The notes under the pieces are model-generated. The model was given only the letters and a program-made list of their open reading frames with translations, was not told where the DNA came from and ran no database searches. A stretch of 63,644 nucleotides of DNA from Candidatus Eiseniibacteriota bacterium (lineage in GTDB: Bacteria > Eisenbacteria > RBG-16-71-46 > CAZEPH01), in the NCBI GenBank assembly GCA_044229145.1, contig JBGATO010000016.1, forward strand, positions 1 to 63,644. The letters are read 5' to 3'. This document shows positions 12,063-24,044 of this stretch, piece by piece (positions within the stretch are counted from its first letter, which is position 1; each line of letters starts with the position of its first letter). The position numbers were made by a program, and so were the translations under genes.

Positions 12063-12719
12063 ATGCGCATCGGCATCCTCGGTTCCGGCGAAGTCGGCCA
12101 AGCGCTCGCCGCCGGTTTCCTCCAACACGGACACGACGTCATGCTCGGCACGCGCGACGTGACGAAGCCGGAGCTGCGCGCGTGGCGCGATGCGGCCGGC
12201 GCGCGTGCGCAACTCGGCACCTTCGCCGAGACGGCGACGTTCGCGGACCTCGCGCTGCTGGCCACCGCGTGGAGCGGCACCGAAGCCGCGCTGCAACTCG
12301 CGGGGCCCGGCGCGTTCGCCGGCAAGATCGTGATCGACGTCACCAATCCGCTCGCGCACGACGCCGACGGCATGCCGCATCTCGCGCTCGGCACAACCGA
12401 CAGTGGCGCCGAGCAGGTGCAGCGCTGGCTGCCCGGCGCGCGCGTGGTGAAAGCGTTCAACACGATCAACTCGTCGGCGATGGTGCATCCGACGCACGCC
12501 GGCGGACCGCCCACCATGTTCATCGCCGGCGACGATACAGAGGCACGCGCGGCCGTGCGCGGCATCGCCGAAACGTTCGGGTGGGCGGTCGCCGAACTCG
12601 ACTCGCTGAGCGGCGCGCGCTATCTCGAACCGCTCGCGATGTTGTGGGTCCACTACGCGATCCAGCACGACACCTGGGATCACGCCTTCGCGTTGCTGTG
12701 GCGCGCTACTCCCCGATGA
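12063..12719 (+). CDS. NADPH-dependent F420 reductase-like/dinucleotide-binding oxidoreductase
   Basis: [12 protein letters not shown]ossmann motif, [10 protein letters not shown] and VVKAFNT. SD AGGAG upstream. Confidence 0.85.
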   Translation: MRIGILGSGEVGQALAAGFLQHGHDVMLGTRDVTKPELRAWRDAAGARAQLGTFAETATFADLALLATAWSGTEAALQLAGPGAFAGKIVIDVTNPLAHDADGMPHLALGTTDSGAEQVQRWLPGARVVKAFNTINSSAMVHPTHAGGPPTMFIAGDDTEARAAVRGIAETFGWAVAELDSLSGARYLEPLAMLWVHYAIQHDTWDHAFALLWRATPR

Positions 12720-13125
12720 TCTTCACCAACACGCGCTTCCTGCGGCGGCCGTCGAATTCGCCGTAGAAGATCTGCTCCCACGGCCCGAAGTCGAGCGCGC
12801 CCTCGGTGATGGCGACCACGACTTCGCGGCCGAAGAGTTGGCGTTTGATGTGCGCGTCGCCGTTGTCCTCGCCGGTGCGGTTGTGGCGGTACTGCTCGAT
12901 CGGCTCGTGCGGGGCGATGCGTTCGAGGAACTGCTCGAAGTCGTGATGCAATCCGCGTTCGTCGTCGTTGATGAAGACCGAGGCGGTGATGTGCATCGCG
13001 TTGACCAAGACGAGGCCCTCACGCACGCCGCTCTCGCGCACACACTCCTCGACCCGCGGCGTAATATTGACGAACGCGCGGCGGGTCGGGATGTCGAGCC
13101 ACAATTCGCGGCGCAGCGACTTCAC
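12706..13125 (-). CDS. yjbQ: Secondary thiamine-phosphate synthase enzyme YjbQ (UPF0047)
   Basis: Motifs [22 protein letters not shown] and [14 protein letters not shown]. 139 aa from a GTG that overlaps the upstream stop. Confidence 0.9.
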   Translation of the reverse strand: MKSLRRELWLDIPTRRAFVNITPRVEECVRESGVREGLVLVNAMHITASVFINDDERGLHHDFEQFLERIAPHEPIEQYRHNRTGEDNGDAHIKRQLFGREVVVAITEGALDFGPWEQIFYGEFDGRRRKRVLVKIIGE

Positions 13126-13688
13126 GACGCCATCGCCACGTGGCGTTGGGTTTGGATCGCGACGGCGCGCATGTACCAGCCGAGCGATACGAGCAGGGCG
13201 AGATCCGGCACCTGTGCCGCCGCCTGGGCGATGTGCACGTCGTTCTCGGTGCGGAACGGATGGAAGTGGCGGCGGAAGGTGATGAGCGGCTGATCCGAGT
13301 CCTCGCGCGCGATCGCGTACTCGGAACTCCAGAAGTGGCTTGGCCAGAATTTGTAGGAGGCCCCGCTGGAGAGCCGGATGTGCGCGGTGCGGTTCCACGC
13401 GATGCCGGTCCAGCGCACGGTGGCCGCCTCGCCCGCGACGCCGACTTTCTCGACGCGGATGTCGCGCGAGAGCACACGCGGCCGTCCGAGACGCCAGGCA
13501 CCTTCCGCGGTTTCGATATCGGCGATGCGGTGGAAGCGCCGCTTCCAGCCGAGCCGCGCGAACAGACCGGCATCGCCGTCCACCAGCGTGCCATGACCGT
13601 CGAGCGCGCGCAGCTCCCACCAGCGACGCCCGAAATGCGGTTGTGCCCAGCGCAGATCGCGGCCCGCGGCCGCGGACATCGGTTGCAT
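13122..13688 (-). CDS. Hypothetical protein (Trp-rich, beta-rich)
   Basis: SD GAGGAGG before ATG 13688 ([14 protein letters not shown]...). GTGA coupling to yjbQ. TACACT upstream. Confidence 0.65.
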   Translation of the reverse strand: MQPMSAAAGRDLRWAQPHFGRRWWELRALDGHGTLVDGDAGLFARLGWKRRFHRIADIETAEGAWRLGRPRVLSRDIRVEKVGVAGEAATVRWTGIAWNRTAHIRLSSGASYKFWPSHFWSSEYAIAREDSDQPLITFRRHFHPFRTENDVHIAQAAAQVPDLALLVSLGWYMRAVAIQTQRHVAMAS

Positions 13689-13794
13689 GTCAGCCTCCTC
13701 GACAATCCGGTGCGGCTCCGTCCGCCGCGCGCCCGCAGTGTAGCCGGTCGCCAGGGGCGGACGCCAGGACTGCGCCAGTGGTACACTGCATCGC

Positions 13795-15156
13795 ATGCAC
13801 GATCCTGCCGCCGGCCAGCCCACGGGCGCCGGTCTGCACGTACTCGTCGTCGATGACGAACGCAATATCCGCACGACGCTCGAAGTGTGTCTGCGCGGTA
13901 TCGGCTGCGAGGTCACGCTCGCCGCCACGGCCGACGAGGCACGACGCGCGGTGGAGCGCGCCGCCTTCGACCTGGCCTTCGTGGATCTGCGCCTGGCCGA
14001 TCAGAGTGGCCTCGACCTGCTGCCCGACCTCCGCGCCACGCGCCACGCCATGACGATCGTGATCGTCACCGCATTTGCCTCCATCGACACGGCGGTGGAA
14101 GCCATCAAACGCGGCGCCAGCGAGTATCTGCCGAAGCCGTTCACGCCGCACCAAATCCGGCACTTGGTGGCACGGGTGGCGGAGTCGCGGGTGACACAGT
14201 CACGGCTCGAGACACTGCACGCACGACTCGCCGCCGAAATCCCGGAAGCCGATCTGCGCAGTGGATCGGCCGCGATGCGGGCAGCGCTCGATGTCGTGTT
14301 GCGTGCGGCGGCGGCCGATGCGCCCGTGTTGCTGCGCGGCGAAAGCGGCACCGGCAAGGGCGTGCTCGCCGCGGCGTTGCATTCGCAGAGCCCGCGCGCC
14401 GAGCGCCCGTTCGTCACCGTCAACTGCCCAACCTTGACGGGTGATCTGCTCGCCAGCGAATTGTTCGGTCATGCCCGCGGCTCCTTCACCGGCGCGGTGC
14501 GCGATCAACCCGGACGCGTGGAAATCGCCGAAGGGGGCACGCTCTTCCTCGACGAGATTGGGGAAATCCTGCCGCCGCTACAAGCCAAGCTGTTGCGATT
14601 CCTCCAGGACAAGAAGTTCGAGCGGCTTGGCGACACCCGCACGCGGACCGCGAACGTGCGCGTGGTTGCCGCGACCAATCGCGACCTCGACGCCGACGTG
14701 CGCGACGGGCGATTTCGGGAAGACCTGCTCTATCGATTGAACGTGATCGAAGTCGTGGTGCCGCCGCTCCGCGAACGCGGCGACGATCTCGAGCGACTGG
14801 CGCAGGGTTTCCTGGGGTTCTTCGCACGGCGGCTGGGCCGTCCCGTCCCCGTATTGACGCCCGACGCGCTGGCTGCGATGCGCGCCTACGCCTGGCCCGG
14901 CAACGTGCGGGAGCTGCGAAACGCGATGGAACGCGCCGTGATCCTGCAGGCCGGCGCGACGATCGAGGCGTCGGCCCTGCCGGCACGCATTGCGCCGCCG
15001 CCGCTGCCGGCGACGGAACCTCTCACCCTCGATGACGTCGAACGCGCCCACATCCTCAAGATCCTCGCCGAAGGCCACACGATGGAGGAGGCGGCGCGCA
15101 TCCTCGGCATCGACGATTCGACGTTGTGGCGGAAGCGCAAGCGCTTCGGGATCTGA
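13795..15156 (+). CDS. Sigma54-dependent response regulator (NtrC/AlgB-like: REC-AAA-Fis HTH)
   Basis: REC domain (VVDDE, DLRL, KPF), [36 protein letters not shown] and [18 protein letters not shown]. Confidence 0.93.
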   Translation: MHDPAAGQPTGAGLHVLVVDDERNIRTTLEVCLRGIGCEVTLAATADEARRAVERAAFDLAFVDLRLADQSGLDLLPDLRATRHAMTIVIVTAFASIDTAVEAIKRGASEYLPKPFTPHQIRHLVARVAESRVTQSRLETLHARLAAEIPEADLRSGSAAMRAALDVVLRAAAADAPVLLRGESGTGKGVLAAALHSQSPRAERPFVTVNCPTLTGDLLASELFGHARGSFTGAVRDQPGRVEIAEGGTLFLDEIGEILPPLQAKLLRFLQDKKFERLGDTRTRTANVRVVAATNRDLDADVRDGRFREDLLYRLNVIEVVVPPLRERGDDLERLAQGFLGFFARRLGRPVPVLTPDALAAMRAYAWPGNVRELRNAMERAVILQAGATIEASALPARIAPPPLPATEPLTLDDVERAHILKILAEGHTMEEAARILGIDDSTLWRKRKRFGI

Positions 15157-15165
15157 CGCCGGCCG

Positions 15166-16170
15166 TCAGACGCGGTGCGCGCGGAACAACTCCATCGCCG
15201 CATCGAGGTCGACGTTCGCGCCGCTCAACGTCACCGCCACCGTGCGCCCCTCGAGCGGAAACGCTCCACCGGTGACCGCCGCCAGTGCCATCGCGCCGGT
15301 GGGTTCGACGACGACGCCGAATTCGCGGAACGCCAGCGCCATCGCACGCACCGCGTCGGCATCGCTCACCACCAGTCCGCCGGCAACCAGTCGCGAGTTG
15401 ATCGAGAAGGTGAGCGCCCCGGGCGTCTGCACGACGGCCCCATCGCAGATCGAACGCGCTGCCGGGTCGTTGCTCTCACGCACTCCGCTTTGCAGTGAGC
15501 GCGCGGTGTCATCGAAGCCCACCGGCTCGACGGTGTAGACGCGAGTACCAGGCGACAAGGCCGCGACCGCCGTCGCGCATCCGGCGGTGAGCCCGCCGCC
15601 GCTGCAGCACACCAGGAGCGCATCCAGTGCCACGCCTTGCTCGCGCGCCTGTCCCACGATCTCACGGCCGAGCGTTCCGGCGCCCGCGATGATGCGACGG
15701 TCTTCGTAGGGTGGCACGAGGACGAGCCCTCGCTCGGTGGCGAGCCGGTCGGTGATCGCCACACGGTCTTCGCGATGCCGGTCGTAGAGCACGACCTCGG
15801 CGCCAAGCGCGCGCGTTTTGTCGATCTTCACGCGCGGCGCGTCCTGCGGCATCACGAGGGTGGCGCGCGTGCCGACCATCGCCGCGGCCGCGGCTACCGC
15901 CTGCGCGTGGTTGCCGGACGAATAGGCGATGACACCGCGCGCACGTTCGTCGTCATCGAGTAGGCGCAGGCGGTTGTACGCGCCTCGCAGCTTGAACGAG
16001 CCGGTGTGCTGCAGGCCTTCGGCCTTCACCAGAAGACGTCCCCCCACCATCGCGTCGACGCGCGCCGATGCGAGCAGCGGCGTGACGCGACACACGCCGG
16101 CCAGCGCCGCGGCGGCTGCCTCGATGTCGTCATACGTCGGCGGTGCGAGATGCCAGGGAACGTCGCTCAT
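15166..16170 (-). CDS. PLP-dependent threonine/serine dehydratase (fold-type II)
   Basis: Motifs KAEGLQHTGSFKLRGA (PLP lysine), SSGNHAQ, GGGL, VVEPTGA and LSGAN. ATGA overlap with the upstream kinase. Confidence 0.88.
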   Translation of the reverse strand: MSDVPWHLAPPTYDDIEAAAAALAGVCRVTPLLASARVDAMVGGRLLVKAEGLQHTGSFKLRGAYNRLRLLDDDERARGVIAYSSGNHAQAVAAAAAMVGTRATLVMPQDAPRVKIDKTRALGAEVVLYDRHREDRVAITDRLATERGLVLVPPYEDRRIIAGAGTLGREIVGQAREQGVALDALLVCCSGGGLTAGCATAVAALSPGTRVYTVEPVGFDDTARSLQSGVRESNDPAARSICDGAVVQTPGALTFSINSRLVAGGLVVSDADAVRAMALAFREFGVVVEPTGAMALAAVTGGAFPLEGRTVAVTLSGANVDLDAAMELFRAHRV

Positions 16171-17987
16171 GAGGTCTCCAGCGAGGGTGAGTCGAGCGGG
16201 AGGGTAAACCAGAAGCACGCGCCGCCGTCCGGTGGCGAATCGAGGCCGATCGTGCCGCCATGCGCCTCGACGATCTCCTTGGCGATCGACAGACCGAGGC
16301 CGGCTCCCGCCCCGCCGGTGCCCGGCACGCGGACGAAGCGGTCGAAGATGGTGGCGCGATAGTCCGCCGGCACGCCAGGTCCATGATCGAGGATGTCGAA
16401 GCGGATCGCGCGGCCCGGTGCCCGGCGCGCACCCACCGTCACGACCGAATCACGCGGCGCGACGCGTAACGCATTCGCCAAGAGATTCGTCAGCACCCAC
16501 CGCAGTCGCGCCGGATCTGCCGTGACCGGATCGAGCGCTTCCTCGACCCGCATCTCGAGGCGGACTCCAGCATCCCGCGCCAAGCGTTCGACGCCGGCAC
16601 AGGCATCGGCGATCGCGGCAGTCGCGGCCAGCGGCTCCTGGTGCAGCACCGCCTTCCCTGCCTGCAAGCGTGCGAGGTCGAGGAGATCGTCGACGATCGA
16701 TTGCAAGCGGGCGCAGTCCTCACGCGCCGCGTGCAGGAGGTCAGCCTGCTGGTCGGAGAGCGGACCCGCCGCCTCCTCGGCGCACAAGTGGATAGCCATC
16801 CACAGTGAGGTGAGCGGCGTGCGAAACTCGTGCGCGACCGCGGCCACGACGTCGTTGCGCAACTCATCGAACCGGCGCAAGCGGGTGATGTCCTGCAGGA
16901 CGATCGTCGCGCCGGCCAATCCACGGCCATCGTACAACGGTTGCGCGCGCGGCAGGAACCACCGCTCGCCCTCGCGGGTCGCGAAGGCTTGCGCGTCATC
17001 GAACCCGTGCGGCACTAGCGCACCCTTGCCGCCCAGCACGTGATCGCGTGCTCGCTCGACGGCCTGGCGCACCGCGGGCTCGAGCGCCGCGAGCGAATCC
17101 CGGCCTGGCGTGCCGACACTGAGACCGAGCAGACTCTCGCACGCGCGGTTGGCGAGCAACACGCCGCCATCCGCCTCGAACACCACGATGGGATCGAGGA
17201 GTGAGTCGACAGCCGATTGCGCGGATTGCTGCGCGTGCAGCAGTTCGCCGAGTGAACTGGCACGGTACGCTTCGAGCGTTTCCGCCATGGCATTGAATTC
17301 CCGCGCCAGAACGGCGATCTCGTCGCTGCCGCTTTCCGGCGCGCGCGCCGCCATGTCTCCCTCGCGCAGTCGGTGCACGGCGTCGGTCAACGCGCCCACC
17401 GGTCGCAGCAGCCTGGCGGTGAGATAGATCGACGCGCACACGCCGGTGCCGCCCGCCAGCACGGTGACCAGCGCGAGCCAGCGGTTCATGCGTTGAGCCA
17501 GCCGGCGCGCCTCCTCACTCTTGCGCACCATCGCATCTTGATTGACGCTGAGCACGCGATCCCGCGTCTCGACCGCATGCGTGGCGGCCGGCGGTGCCGC
17601 GGCGTCATGGAGCGAATCGAGTTGTGCCAGCCCGCTGGCATACTGCCGCCAGGCGTCGCGCAGCCCTGCGGTCGCATCCCGCTCACCGACTTCGGTAATG
17701 TTGCGCTCTTGGAGCGCGAGTTCTGCCTCGAAGACACGACGCGCGGCGGTCGTCGCCGAGTCGGCCTCGACCGCCCGCCCCGCGCCGCGCAACAGCCGCA
17801 TGCGGTCGAGCGCGTCGATCGATTGCCGCATGCGTTCCGCGGCGAGGATGCTGCGGTAGTTGGCTTCGAGGATGCGCTGTGAACTCCTCCCGAGCACACC
17901 GACCGTGCGGACACCGAGGACGCTGACCGCGCCGAGCGCGACCGCAAGAGGCACCAGCGCGATCAAGAGCCGTGCGCGCAGCGTCAT
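16167..17987 (-). CDS. Membrane sensor histidine kinase (TM-helical sensor-TM-HAMP-PAS-HisKA-HATPase; KinB-like)
   Basis: Two TMs, HAMP (DEIAVLAREFNAMA), H-box AHEFRTPLTS, N-box NLLANA, D.GPG and GAGLGLSI. Confidence 0.92.
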   Translation of the reverse strand: MTLRARLLIALVPLAVALGAVSVLGVRTVGVLGRSSQRILEANYRSILAAERMRQSIDALDRMRLLRGAGRAVEADSATTAARRVFEAELALQERNITEVGERDATAGLRDAWRQYASGLAQLDSLHDAAAPPAATHAVETRDRVLSVNQDAMVRKSEEARRLAQRMNRWLALVTVLAGGTGVCASIYLTARLLRPVGALTDAVHRLREGDMAARAPESGSDEIAVLAREFNAMAETLEAYRASSLGELLHAQQSAQSAVDSLLDPIVVFEADGGVLLANRACESLLGLSVGTPGRDSLAALEPAVRQAVERARDHVLGGKGALVPHGFDDAQAFATREGERWFLPRAQPLYDGRGLAGATIVLQDITRLRRFDELRNDVVAAVAHEFRTPLTSLWMAIHLCAEEAAGPLSDQQADLLHAAREDCARLQSIVDDLLDLARLQAGKAVLHQEPLAATAAIADACAGVERLARDAGVRLEMRVEEALDPVTADPARLRWVLTNLLANALRVAPRDSVVTVGARRAPGRAIRFDILDHGPGVPADYRATIFDRFVRVPGTGGAGAGLGLSIAKEIVEAHGGTIGLDSPPDGGACFWFTLPLDSPSLETS

Positions 17988-19147
17988 GCGTCACCTCGGC
18001 GGGTCTCGCTCCCCACGATGTGCACGTCGAGTTCTTCGCAACTGTCGATCAATTGGCTCACCCAATCACGTCTGGCGTAGCGGCGCCAGACCGGCTCTCG
18101 CATGCGGCCCGCCACGAGGTGCGCCACCCGATGCGACCGCGCGAACTCGAGCAGAGCCGGAATTGCCGCACGCGCCTTGAGTCGCACGATCTCGGCGCCC
18201 AGCTCGCGCGCGAGGGCGATGTCGCCGTGCAATCGACGCTGTTCGGTCGCGTCGATCAACTCTGGCGCATCGGCCGGCGTCTCGACGTACACCGCGTACC
18301 AATCGGTGTTGAGGCGCCCTGCCATGCGCGATGCGCGTCGCACCACCGCACTCGAGTGCAGCCAGCGCGGCGAGAGGATCACCATGACGTGCGAACGCGC
18401 GGCAGGTGACGCCGCGGGCAGTGATCCGGTCGAGACGACTGCACGCGCGCCGCTCGCGCGATCGACGCTTTCCGCCACTTCGCGCAAGGTCAGTTCGCGC
18501 AGCGTTCGCAGATTCGCCGGCTGGAAGAAGTGCGCAAGCGCCCAGTCGACCTTGTCGGCCGCGTAGATCTTTCCCGCGCGCAGGCGCTCGCCGAGATCGT
18601 CGATGTCGAGGTCGAGGGTGACGACCTGATCGGCTTGTTGCAGGAACGTGTCGGGAATCGTTTCGCGCACCGCCACGCCAGTGGCCGCGCGCACCAGATC
18701 GTTGAGCGATTGCAGGTGTTGGACGTTGAACGCGCAGATCACATTGAGACCGGCATCGAGAAGCGCCGAGACGTCTTCGTAGCGCTTGGCGTGTCGCGCA
18801 CCCGGCGGATTCGTGTGCGCGACTTCGTCCACCAAGACGACGCGCGGCCGTCGCGCCAGGACCGCGTCCAGGTCGAGTTCGTCGATCGTCACCCCGCGGT
18901 AGTCGAAGCGACGCAGCGGGACGTGTTCGAGGTCGCCGATCATCGCGGCGGTGTCGGCGCGGCCGTGGGTTTCGATCACGCCGATGACCACGTCGACGCC
19001 GCGGGCGCGGAGCGCGTGCGCCTCCTCCAACATGCGATACGTCTTGCCGACTCCCGCCGCGTAGCCGAGCAGCACCTTGAGCCGCCCCCGCTGGGAGCGC
19101 TCGACGAGTTCGAGGAAGTCTGCGGAGCGCGGATGTGCGGGCGCCAT
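17984..19147 (-). CDS. kdpD: Stand-alone KdpD N-terminal sensor domain plus universal stress protein domain (no TM, no kinase)
   Basis: RGRLKVLLGYAAGVGKTYRML, ETHGR, LVDEVAHTN, KRYEDV..LL.AG, NVQHL.SLND and LRELTLR, then a Usp-like domain. Confidence 0.9.
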   Translation of the reverse strand: MAPAHPRSADFLELVERSQRGRLKVLLGYAAGVGKTYRMLEEAHALRARGVDVVIGVIETHGRADTAAMIGDLEHVPLRRFDYRGVTIDELDLDAVLARRPRVVLVDEVAHTNPPGARHAKRYEDVSALLDAGLNVICAFNVQHLQSLNDLVRAATGVAVRETIPDTFLQQADQVVTLDLDIDDLGERLRAGKIYAADKVDWALAHFFQPANLRTLRELTLREVAESVDRASGARAVVSTGSLPAASPAARSHVMVILSPRWLHSSAVVRRASRMAGRLNTDWYAVYVETPADAPELIDATEQRRLHGDIALARELGAEIVRLKARAAIPALLEFARSHRVAHLVAGRMREPVWRRYARRDWVSQLIDSCEELDVHIVGSETRRGDA

Positions 19148-19203
19148 GCGTCGGACCTGACCTCACGGATGCGGGCGCCGTCGGCCGGCAGCCCGGAGGC
19201 ACT

Positions 19204-19803
19204 CTACTGCGCGGGCGACGGACTGGCCAGCGCCGGACGTCCGAGCAGCCGATCGAGCCGCAGGTTGCACTCGAGGACGCCGACGCGCGGCTCGCCCCAG
19301 AGTCCGAGCACGCGGCCCTCGGCGCTGTCGTGGATCACGGACGCGATCCGCGCAGGTTCGACATGCCGCGCGGCGGCGATGCGCGGCACCTGCCACAGCG
19401 CCGCCGGCAGCGCGAGGTCGGGGTCGAGGCCGCTGGCCGAGGTGGTGACGAGCTCGACCGGCGGCGGCCCCGCCGCGCGTGGATTGGCGGCGCGCAAGGA
19501 CGCGGCCGCAGCCTCGACGCGTGAGCGCAGTGCGGCCGAGGTGGGCCCCGCGTTCGAGCCGCCGGACGCCGACGCATCGTACGCCACGGCGGAAGGCCGT
19601 GCGTGCAGATAGCCCGGGTCGTGGAACGCCTGCGCGATGAGCGCCGAACCCACCTCGCGCCCACTGTCGTCTCGCACCCAGGAGCCGGACGCGGTGTCCG
19701 GACAGACGAGGCGCGTGAGAATCGTGACCACGAGCGGATACACCAATCCGGTCACGAGAAGGCTCAGCAGCGCTGCGCGCAACGCGACGATCCAAGTCCG
19801 CAT
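19204..19803 (-). CDS. kdpC: K+-transporting ATPase subunit C
   Basis: GLVYPL, GSALIAQ.F, RPSA..Y....SGGSN.GP, VTTSASGLDP and GEPRV.VL. Confidence 0.95.
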   Translation of the reverse strand: MRTWIVALRAALLSLLVTGLVYPLVVTILTRLVCPDTASGSWVRDDSGREVGSALIAQAFHDPGYLHARPSAVAYDASASGGSNAGPTSAALRSRVEAAAASLRAANPRAAGPPPVELVTTSASGLDPDLALPAALWQVPRIAAARHVEPARIASVIHDSAEGRVLGLWGEPRVGVLECNLRLDRLLGRPALASPSPAQ

Positions 19804-19812
19804 CGTGTCCTC

Positions 19813-21858
<2,046 letters not shown>

Positions 21859-21860
21859 GG

Positions 21861-23579
21861 TCAGAACACCTTTCCGCGCAGGGCGGCCGCGTGTTCGAGC
21901 ACTGGGCCGAGACACAGTGCCGGGAAGAACGTCAGCGCGCCGACGATCGCGATGACGCCGACCAGCAACACCACGAAGAGCACTCCATCGGTGGGGAACG
22001 TGCCCGGCCCGGCGGGCACCGTCGACTTCCCGACCATCGAACCCGCCAGCGCAAGCACCGGCACGATCATCCAGAATCGTCCGGCCAGCATCGACAACCC
22101 CAGCGCCCAGTTCCAGAACGGTGTGTTGGCGGTGAGGCCCGCGAACGCGGAGCCGTTGTTGCCGCCGGCGCTCGTGAACGCGTAGAGCATTTCGCTCAAT
22201 CCGTGCGGACCGCGGTTGGCCACGGCCGCGGCGCCGGCGTGGCTCACCGCGGCGATAGCCGTGCCGGACAATACGAGTAGCGGAAACACCAGGACGTACA
22301 ACATTGCCACCTGCATTTCCGCGACGCCGATCTTCTTGCCGAGATACTCCGGCGTGCGGCCCACCATGAGCCCGGCGATGAACACCGCGAGCACGACGAA
22401 CACCAACATCCCGTAGAGCCCGGCACCGACGCCGCCGAAGATGACTTCGCCGAGTTGGATGTTGAGCAGTGGCACCAAGCCGCCAAGCGGCGTGAAGCTG
22501 TCGTGCATCGCATTCACCGCGCCGCACGATGCATCGGTCGTCACGGTCGCAAAGAGCGCCGACGCGGCGAGGCCGAATCGCGTCTCCTTGCCTTCGAGGT
22601 TCCCCGCGTGCGCCTGTGCCACCGGAACGCCATGCAGCGCCGGATTCGGGTGCGCCTCCGCCCAATACGCGGTCGTCACACCGGCGAGGAAGAACACCGT
22701 CATCGCCGCCAGCAGCGCCCAACCGTGACGCGCCGATCGCGCCATCCGCCCGTAGGTGTACGTCAGGCCCGCGGGGATGATCAGGATGAGCACCATCTCG
22801 AGGACGTTGGTCAGCGGCGTGGGATTTTCGAACGGGTGGGCGCTGTTGGCGTTGAAGAAGCCGCCACCATTGGTGCCGAGCAGCTTGATCGCTTCCTGCG
22901 ACGCGACCGGTCCCACGGCGATGACCTGACGCGCGCCTTCCAGCGTCGTCACCACATGGGACGGGGCACACGATTGCACGACACCCTGCATCGCCAGCAC
23001 GAGCGCGACGAGCGTCGACGCCGGCAGGAGAACGCAGAGGTGCGCGCGCACCAGATCGACCCACACGTTGCCGAGCGTGCGCGGCGCGCCGGGCGGCAGT
23101 CGCCGCGTGAAGCCGCGCGCCATCGCCAGCGCGACCGCGAGACCCACCGCTGCGGATGTGAAGTTGTGCCACGCGAGTGCCGCCATCTGGGTGAGATAGC
23201 TCATCGTCGACTCGCCCGCGTACGCCTGCCAGTTCGTATTGGTGACGAAGCTCACCGCGGTGTTGAAGGCAAGTGCCGGAGGGACGGCGGGCAGATGCTG
23301 CGGGTTGAGCGGCAACACATGCTGCAAGCGTTCGATCGCGTAGGTGCCAGCGATGCCGATTGCGCTGAAGGCCAGAATACCGCCCGCGTATTCGCGCCAC
23401 GAGTGCTCGCGCGCCGGGTCCACGCCGAGCAGCCGATAGCAGCGGTGTTCGAGGGCGCCCCAGACACGCGGCCGCCAGGCGCTCTCGAATACGCGATGCA
23501 GATAGAGGCCCACCGGCTTCACGGTGAGCCCGACCAGGAGGACGTAGACGACGACCTCCGCCCAGCCATGCCAAGTCAT
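21861..23579 (-). CDS. kdpA: K+-transporting ATPase subunit A
   Basis: [47 protein letters not shown] and NNGSAFAGL. The second ATG (23579) is better spaced from the AGGAG. Confidence 0.97.
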   Translation of the reverse strand: MTWHGWAEVVVYVLLVGLTVKPVGLYLHRVFESAWRPRVWGALEHRCYRLLGVDPAREHSWREYAGGILAFSAIGIAGTYAIERLQHVLPLNPQHLPAVPPALAFNTAVSFVTNTNWQAYAGESTMSYLTQMAALAWHNFTSAAVGLAVALAMARGFTRRLPPGAPRTLGNVWVDLVRAHLCVLLPASTLVALVLAMQGVVQSCAPSHVVTTLEGARQVIAVGPVASQEAIKLLGTNGGGFFNANSAHPFENPTPLTNVLEMVLILIIPAGLTYTYGRMARSARHGWALLAAMTVFFLAGVTTAYWAEAHPNPALHGVPVAQAHAGNLEGKETRFGLAASALFATVTTDASCGAVNAMHDSFTPLGGLVPLLNIQLGEVIFGGVGAGLYGMLVFVVLAVFIAGLMVGRTPEYLGKKIGVAEMQVAMLYVLVFPLLVLSGTAIAAVSHAGAAAVANRGPHGLSEMLYAFTSAGGNNGSAFAGLTANTPFWNWALGLSMLAGRFWMIVPVLALAGSMVGKSTVPAGPGTFPTDGVLFVVLLVGVIAIVGALTFFPALCLGPVLEHAAALRGKVF

Positions 23580-23590
23580 CGACATCTCCT

Positions 23591-23680
23591 CTAGAAGCGG
23601 TCGGGACGCACCAGCGCGTAGAGCAGATACGCCGCGACCACACACGCGAGGAAGAGCCCCACGATGTCGAGGCCGCTCAC
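23591..23680 (-). CDS. kdpF: K+-transporting ATPase subunit F
   Basis: 29 aa, [29 protein letters not shown], with the KdpF C-terminal YL.YAL..P..F motif. SD AGGAG. Directly upstream of kdpA. Confidence 0.9.
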   Translation of the reverse strand: MSGLDIVGLFLACVVAAYLLYALVRPDRF

Positions 23681-23787
23681 CGCGGCTCCTCGTCGCGGCG
23701 CGCGACCAATGCGTCGCATCCCGCGATCGCCCCCCACGTCAGCGCGAAGAAGGCGGCCGTGACGATCGCGCTCCAGATGTCCGTCAT
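23677..23787 (-). CDS. 36-aa hydrophobic peptide upstream of kdpF
   Basis: [36 protein letters not shown]. Its stop overlaps the kdpF GTG (GTGA). Purine-rich SD upstream. Confidence 0.65.
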   Translation of the reverse strand: MTDIWSAIVTAAFFALTWGAIAGCDALVARRDEEPR

Positions 23788-23846
23788 CGTCGAATCCCCC
23801 GTGCACCCTGTCACGCCCACAGCGCGGCGTGACCGCGGCGACTGGC

Positions 23847-23862
23847 GCAATCGGCGTGCCGG
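23847..23862 (-). promoter_or_regulatory. Sigma54 (-24/-12) promoter for the kdp operon
   Basis: Minus strand CCGGCACGCCGATTGC has GG-N10-GC spacing and matches TGGCACGNNNNTTGC. About 60 nt upstream of the first ORF. Confidence 0.75.
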
Positions 23863-23903
23863 TGCCGCGCTCCCAGCCGCACGGCTGCCGGCATCGGCGC
23901 CGT

Positions 23904-23952
23904 CCCTGCGATGTGCAGGATTCACACACGCTCCGTCCTGCACATCGCAGGG
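23904..23952. promoter_or_regulatory. Perfect 17-bp inverted repeat; putative paired enhancer sites for a sigma54 activator
   Basis: CCCTGCGATGTGCAGGA (23904-23920) and TCCTGCACATCGCAGGG (23936-23952). Each arm is itself CCTGC-N5-GCAGG; centres are 32 bp apart. Confidence 0.7.
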
Positions 23953-24044
23953 CGTGCGGGCCTGTCGCGCGTCATGTTCGGGGCAGTGTGTCGGGCCGCG
24001 GACTTGCAGTGCCGTACGTGGCACCACACCAGGAGGGATCGACG

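Noticed and set aside
23725..23742. 'LTWGAI' in the kdp upstream peptide, resembling the TWGAIK tail
   Set aside because: It lies inside a TM helix, lacks the Lys and aromatic end, and there is no signal-peptide/domain context. Coincidental.
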